From Pavona decussata (lineage: Eukaryota), in contig CDRNST010000054.1 of the NCBI GenBank assembly GCA_977016875.1, positions 930,001-994,000 on the forward strand: a stretch of DNA of 64,000 nt, in the 5' to 3' direction. A model generated the notes under the pieces. That model ran no database searches, was not told the DNA's origin, and worked only from the letters and a program-made list of their open reading frames with translations. This document shows, piece after piece, positions 57,401-64,000 of the stretch; position 1 is the stretch's first letter, and each line of letters starts with the position of its first letter. A program made the position numbers and the translations under genes.

Positions 57401-60400
57401 AATGCACAATGGCAATTGTAAAATGATCTGCCACCAAAAGGAGAGGTGTAAAGCAACAAATTAAAACCACTGCAAAAATCGTATGGCCCCGCATGGCACT
57501 ATCCATGGGAAGACCGCTGACCAGCAGCCTTACATTTAACTTCATCACTAATAGACAAGCATGGGAGGAGGTGTCTGAGTCTGAGAGTGTTGCAACTTAG
57601 CATGGCATCCCTAAAATTGAGGGCCTGTTGAAGCCACCCTAGAAGCCTCTAGTTGTCAAGAGTGGCACAACAGACTTAGGGAGTGACCTGGCCAGGGCAG
57701 GCCACCTGTCATTGATCTGCAACCAGATGGCCAGACTGCTATGCTGCAGACATCTTTAAGCCAGCTCCTGGGAGAGCCCTATCGGGGACTCTATGTGCAT
57801 CCAAATATAAAACCGGTGTGCATTGCTGGTCCAATTGCCCATGCCCATGGATGAGATGTCTGCCAGTGGGGACTCCATTGCACCCTGTGACTGTCGCATC
57901 ACCAATGCGGAAGCTGTGACTTGAATACTTTGGTTCAGTTCCTGCTGAACCAAATTGCATATGAGATACGAGAGCTTGGAATCAGGGATGCTCATCTCGT
58001 AGTAAGAACAGAGGGCCAGGAGAATCACCTCTTACAATTCATATGACATCAGCACATGGTTCATACCACATAGTGGATAAGCACTCCTGTTTTTGAAGCC
58101 TTGATCCTTAGGTGAAGGCATGTGATAGAGGTTAATGAATCTCTGGGAAGAAGCGGCCAGATTAGGAACCATAGATCTGATGGACTAAAGAAACCTGAAA
58201 AAGGCCAAAATACAGAGCAGAACATGTTGGCTGTTGAGGTTGAATGCCCTGAAAATTATAGTCATAATACTGTTTGTGACAGGCAAACACCAGGCTGAAC
58301 GGTCCCCCTGCAACCACTTGATGTCTCGCAGTCAGTATCCTAGAAGTAATTGAAGACAATCACAAAGGGGATCACCAAAGCCTTGCTCAATAATGTAGGA
58401 CACATACTGTTGATAGGTAGACCTTTATAGTGTCATGTCCTGCACTGTGTTGGTTAGGAAGGTAGCAAATAAGTCCACTTGTTGGCTGGGCAAGGGTTCA
58501 AGCCAGATGAATGCACCTTTCCCATCTCTACGCAAAATTCAATAAATCAATAACAATTATTGAGTTATTAATAATTATTATTCTGATCTGATGTGCAAGC
58601 ATTCTGAGTGGAAACAGCCAGACCTTGAAGCAGGAATTCAGCACACATGCAACTCTAGAGTGGAGGAATCCACTTGTCCAATGGAGGCTGTGGAATTAAT
58701 TGGGAGTGGGTGTGACTGAGCTTCTGGAGCTAGCTGTCTGAACCCTTGTCAATGAAAGTGAGAAAGAACATCAGCAATAGTGTCGAGGATACCAGGGGTG
58801 TGCTGAGCAGTAAAGGTGAAGCTATGGTGAGCATCAGCAGAGATTCCAACCCTTGGCAATGAAAAAAGGAAGGTTTCTGGTGTGGTGAAGCCACGCCTAT
58901 GAGCGCCAAGGGCACAAGCTTCTAGGGGGGTGGGGGGGGGTCTAGGGGCATGCCCCCCAGAAAAAGTTGAAAACTAAAGGCCTCTAAGATGCCTTTGCCT
59001 GCATTTTGAGATCATAGTCAATGGAAAATTGTCTTTGATAAATAAGAAATTTACATACCTTCATGAGCAGTCAAATCATTGATACCACCATAGCCACAAG
59101 AGTTGTCGACGTTGCACAAATTACAGTGGTACTTGTACTTTGCATCCTGCACATGTGTCGAGCACGCTCTCGCCCATTGAATATCAATTAACGCCTATGT
59201 CGCAAATGGAGGTTGGGTGCCCAGGAGCCAGGGGCTGGTACCGCCAACCCAAACCCAGGTAGGTAGAACACCCCATAAGCCTGCCCTACCCACAACCCAG
59301 CCACGAGCCCCGCCCGCAACCCAGCCCCAACCCTAGCACCCGTCACACTGAGACAAAAAGCTCAGTGGAAGAATAATAAGTACATAAGACAACGAACTAA
59401 CCCTAACCCTAACCAACCCCCAACACCAATCCCCAACAATAACAAGGTAACACTACTGGGAGGGAAGGGAGGGAAAGAAAAGCCCAACAAAACGCGATAA
59501 ACTAGCCACGCCACGAAAAACGCTGAGTAGAGTAAATTTCCGAGCACGTGCAAAGGAGCACGCCTAAACTGCAAGAGAATACCGCTGGCCACGCAACTGC
59601 CTGCAGACCTGAACCAGGCCCCAAACAATAGTGTAACAACAAATGCCCAAACGCTAATGTGCTACCCGTGCTCAAACTATACGCCAATAAACGCTAACGC
59701 CTTGCTACGCCACGCCACCACGGAGCAAACTTGCTCCAAGTCGTTAACTAAGTTAAATTACATTTAACCCTATTAAAACTGTGCATATTCATGAATGATG
59801 AGAATGACAGAGAGAATGACTTTGAAAACCACACCACGAAGAAAGGCAAACTTGCACAAAGTTAAGGCAATTCAGTGCATTACTGCGCCCAAAAAACTGC
59901 GGGCTTATGCTAGGATGCCCCAATGGTAAAAAATGCGTGAGATAACACAGAAAAAACAACAAAGGATCATGCTAGTGAAGACTAGTGAAGCATGGAGCAC
60001 ATTATCTTTCTTTTGCCAGAGGAAAGTTACAAAAACGGGAGAATATTGAATGAAAACAGGAGGCCAGAAATGATTGCTGAAAACAGAAGGTTTCTGGCCA
60101 AAACAGGAGAGTTGGAATCTCTGCATCAGAGAAAAGCAATTTGCACAGACACTGCATACTGCTGGAACCTTGGATTTCCAGAGGATGTGCACCATGGCTT
60201 CATTGCCAGAGCAGAAAAGGATGTGTCTTCTAAACTTGGAACAGTTCGTTTACCCCCTTTGGACAAGCACGTGTTCAAAGGGATTAATTGCGCAACACAC
60301 ACCCTTTAGTATCAGGTGAAAGGAGTGTCGTGTTTCATTTCAAGTCAGTTTTTACTTCGAGCGTATACCAGTGTATCGTACTGTTTCGTTTCTTCTTCCC

Positions 60401-63203
60401 ACCCACCCACCCTGGGTGATTTTTATTTAACGTCATAGGGTGGCAGAGAGGTTTATTAGGCATATCCTTGGCAGTTGTTTACTTTTGTTCGTATCCTTAA
60501 TAAACTTCTCTCCCTGCCAAAAAGCGAATTGTGTCTCATTTGTGTCAGGGGGCATAGTTGGGGAATTATAGGAAATTGACTGAGCTGATTGGGATGAGTC
60601 CCAGGGAGCCAGCCAGGTCTAAAGTGGCCTCAAGATCTGTAGCAGCTGATATGCCAGGAAACAGCCAAAAGCTCAATCACGTGTCATGTTGAGAGAAAGT
60701 TATGCCACCCAACTGAAATTCGCAATTCAAGTGGACAAGATGATGGTGATTACAAAAGGCACAGAAAAAAAAAAGAGGACCTGGACCTGGCCGTGCCACC
60801 TTTGCCTTTGCCAATCATTGATTCCAAGTGGCACCTTGTGTGGCAACGGCGGAAATGCCTTGCGACAATCAATTCCTGCAATGCTGCCAGGTTATCAGTG
60901 GGGAGACAAGCAAAGGCAAACCTGTGCCAACTGTTTATCACCGACAGGCTGCCCAAATGACAAGTTTCACAGGGCTGGGGAATGAAGCAATGAGCTCTAA
61001 ATGCAGGAAAATTAGCTAATATTAATAGAAGCCAATTAGCCAGCTTGGTCACTGCAGAGTGCTCACAAAAGTCCTGATAATAATTAAACCACACATGGCC
61101 ACTTAAGTGGTGATGGGTATGTAGGATCGGTAGCTTATACTGCGTGAGTTCCTTCCACCAGTGTGGAAAGTGTGAGACCAGCACCAATGAATATATAGAG
61201 AATTTCATTGATTTGCCGATGCTGATTTTTTAGCTTTGAAGTTTTAAAAACCAGCTAGCTGTGTAACAGTAATTGTGGCTCAGGATCTGCTAGCAGTTTG
61301 CTATAATCCACCTATTTTCCCACAGCTATTTGGGCACAGAGCTTCACAGGGTTTCAGCTGAGCATGAAGCCTGGACCAACAACAAAAGGTTAATCTGGGG
61401 TGTATGGAAAGCACCGATGGGATGGGAATGCTGTAAGCCGAACTGTTTGTCACACAAGAAAGAGAGCTGGTGGCTAACATAAATGATGTTGGTGAGGTCA
61501 CAAAGGTTGCAACAAAAGAGGGAAGGACAGAGGATGAAACTAGGCTATGATACCTTATGGCAATAATATAATCATGATGAAGAAAAGATTCTGGATGCCG
61601 GAAAGTTACTGCGGAAGAAGCAAGCAAAGCAGGAATGTCCATCATGGGAGCTGGGCTGGTGCTGGAACCGCTTGAAACCACATGTTGTGGCTACTTTCTT
61701 CAGTCAGGACCAATTTTATGGTTTGAGATATTAGAGATGATGAATCCAGTAAAATCATTGTCGGGAGGTTCCCAACAACATCACAACAGAAATGGCAGGC
61801 TAACTAGCTGAACTGCTTAAGAACACTGCAACAGACAAGGACAAAACAGCTAGAAAACAAAGTTGATTGCCAGGCTGTTATTTGTCCTTCAAGCCACAGC
61901 AGCAAAAAACACTTGGTGGCAATGAGAGAAAGGAAGCTTAAATGTATGAACAAACATTCTCTTGCACCAAACAAGTAACGGGCAATTGTAAAATGATCTG
62001 ATGCCAAAGGGAGAGCTGTAAAGCAACAAAGCCTCTGCAAAAACCAAATGGCCGGCATGATCAATGGGGAAGACTGCTGATCAGTATTGCCTTGCATTTA
62101 ACTTGGCCTTAATTTCATCTAGCGACATTAATGCAGTATGCGTAATTTATTCTAATCTTATATTTTTTTGGAGCTGCTTAGACTAAACATTGGAACTTTA
62201 AGTTTGTCCCATTATTTTTACACCATTTTGTTCATACATTGTTAGGTGCAGATTTGTGCAGCGAGACAAAATGCACAGCCCAGGGACAAATCTGTGTTGT
62301 GAACAACCACAATCAAACGGAATGCAGATGCCGTGAATCTTGCCCAAGATCCACCAATGATGGTCAAGTGTGTGGGTCAGATGGCATAACTTACCGAAGT
62401 CGCTGTGTACTAGATATGACATCATGTAGGCTGGCTCCAACTGTCCCTATCTCAATGGTCTCAGCTGGTAGATGCCAAGGTGACTGTTAGTTTAATGTTA
62501 ATAAGCTTATTCACAAACTAAAGCATGGAACAAATTTATAATAAATTTCCTGAAATGCAAAATCCAAAAATATGACCAGCACCATATGAAAGTGGTGCTG
62601 AATAGCTTCCATTTGGATGGTCATTTTACAGGATTTTATGCACGGACTCAAAAGTGTGTCCTCTGCCTTTGTATGCAAGTACCACTGGTTTGTATGACAT
62701 TATTGCTCAGTATGTAACTGGCAGTTTATAGTCACCTTCAAGGATGTTATGTGTGGACTCAATCGGTATAACCACATAATAAACATACCACCCAAAAGTC
62801 CTAGGAAGGTTCTTTTAGTGTTATTTTTTTACATGAAACAGTTGGAGGGTGGTTACAGTTAAAAGTCTAGCTTGGGGTATTAGTCAAATCATTCCTTATT
62901 ATTTTTTTTAACCTTTTTCATTTTTAGCAAGTTCACTGAAAGTCAGCGCATCGCATCGGTCGTCACAAACTTTACTTTCTGGTTTGCGAGGTGAAATTTA
63001 TTGTGGAATTGAAGGAAAGGCAGTTCAAGTCCTGTGGAAGAAAGTTGGCATGAAACGTCGTCTGCCCTTCTCAAGAGTACGAGCTTATAACTCAAAGACA
63101 CTTCGCTTCCATCGTGTCCAACAAGAGGATGCTGGGACGTACGAGTGCCGTGCCTATTCTGGGTCAGCTAGTGCTGTGGCCACTGTCAATGTTATTGTTT
63201 TGG
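54403..63203 (+). CDS. Secreted or membrane protein with signal peptide, follistatin-N/Kazal domain and Ig (I-set) domain; 3'-incomplete
   Basis: Exon 54403-54466 MKEFFYILLLLGVGIFAAFCK; exon 62246-62479 LCSETKC...CVV...ECRCRESCP...VCGSDGITYRSRC...SC...GRCQ (10 Cys); exon 62928-63203 EIYC...VLWKK...TLRFHRVQQEDAGTYEC. All junctions are phase 1 and GT-AG. Joining of the signal exon is inferred. Confidence 0.8.
55630..56020. mobile_element. PIF/Harbinger-type MITE
   Basis: TTA|AGGTGCTGTTACACTAGGCAAT ... ATTGCCTAGTGTAACAGTGCCT|TTA, with an extra internal TIR copy at ~55691-55707. Confidence 0.8.
57160..62104 (-). mobile_element. Decayed Ngaro/DIRS-type tyrosine-recombinase retrotransposon with split direct repeats
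   Basis: Direct repeat 57382-57542 matches 61951-62104. YR remnant YSSHSFRIGDAT (~57900-57930); RNase H remnants (HTPG...IADVLS ~58760-58805 and NEAMVHIL ~60180-60205); gag-like WKELTQYK...WFNYYQDF (61030-61160). RT not found. Confidence 0.75.
58838..60123. mobile_element. hAT-like non-autonomous transposon with perfect 13-bp TIR and 6-bp TSD
   Basis: CATCAG|CAGAGATTCCAAC ... GTTGGAATCTCTG|CATCAG. Confidence 0.85.
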
Positions 63204-63734
63204 GTGAGTAAGGCCTTTGTGCCTATTTAAGGTTCAAGCTTCTGGCTTAAGTGATTGCAGTCATTTGGGATACATGCACATACATTGTATACTCTGTAGA
63301 TGTTCTCTTGCATGGTTTTGAGCAGCTACAGGGGTAGTTAATTTAAATCAAGCGAGCACATACTAAAAAATCATCCTATCAGCACAAAAGTGATTGTTTT
63401 AACGGTAATCCAAGGTTTGCAGGGATTCTTGTATGAAAAAATACTTTTTTCAGTTAATTTGAAGGTATTTTTTTTTAATTTGACACTATTTTGACTAACA
63501 GAAGAATGAAATGTTGAAATCTGTGCAAGTTTTTGAGGAAAAAAGCTTTTTCCAATAAATGTTAATTAACCACCAAAGTGTCATAAAATCACGTGTATCT
63601 CCAAAAGGCATGGGATGAATTTCAGTGACCTTTTCCTGGCAACCAGGTTCATCTAGAAGCGTCTTTTATATCTCATTACCAATTTTTGTTTACATTTGAG
63701 TGTCATGCTTGGCAAAAATTCTTGTTGAGATAGG

Positions 63735-63970
63735 AATAATTTTGTTGTCCAATCACAGCCGACTTGTAAAACCAGTGCAATGAACCAATCAGAATTCAAA
63801 GCAAATGCATGCAATCGGTGCCAAGTGCGGGAAACGCATGCAATTGAGTAATGATTGGTTTTGGTTGAAAAAGTGGCGCAGTGTTGTCAACCAATCACAG
63901 AGCCTTATGGTAATGCAAAACCAAAAAGCCAACGTGCAATTACTTTCAACACTCAATTGAAAACCACTTT
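63735..63970. repeat. Interspersed repeat rich in CCAATCA motifs
   Basis: Three CCAATCA and one TGATTGG motifs, ending ATTACTTTCAACACTCAATTGAAAAC. Resembles MITE-like repeats common in coral genomes (from recall, unverified). Confidence 0.4.
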
Positions 63971-64000
63971 AATGAGGCTTAAGTTAATCTTGCCTTCTAT

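Noticed and set aside
59398-59414. Interstitial telomere or chromosome fusion scar
   Set aside because: Only 2-3 TAACCC units, inside a transposon-like insert.
59992-60309. 105-aa ORF as a gene
   Set aside because: Chance ORF spanning a transposon end and antisense RNase H remnant.
60222-60547. Solo LTR (TG…CA with AATAAA)
   Set aside because: No target-site duplication or matching terminal inverted repeat is visible.

Overview
Eukaryotic, AT-rich, intron-rich genomic DNA, most likely from an anthozoan cnidarian such as a stony coral (inferred from the repeat families and gene content, not proven). I assembled four + strand genes by hand from GT-AG junctions with consistent reading phase. 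(1) A 5'-incomplete transmembrane ephrin (5991-12528) with two candidate terminal exons. (2) A complete 6-exon, 293-aa transmembrane ephrin paralogue in tandem (20135-32307). (3) A complete 13-exon, 424-aa bystin gene, BYSL (35809-46751). (4) The 5' part of a secreted or membrane protein with signal peptide, follistatin/Kazal and Ig domains (54403 to beyond 63203). Introns and intergenic DNA are packed with transposons: Tc1/mariner-pogo, Harbinger, Kolobok, piggyBac and hAT-type MITEs, a decayed Crypton, a decayed Ngaro/DIRS element, LINE remnants and tRNA-derived SINE-like repeats, often nested. The most notable observations are: the ephrin pair, with non-canonical cytoplasmic tails, a shared extra C-x7-C motif and divergent receptor-binding loops; a fold-back element holding a minimal hammerhead-ribozyme-like motif upstream of gene 4; a LINE with an in-frame deletion of its whole RT core; and a 6-bp-TSD transposon splitting the RNase H region of the Ngaro element. 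Almost all of the supplied six-frame ORFs are spurious. No database searches were run.
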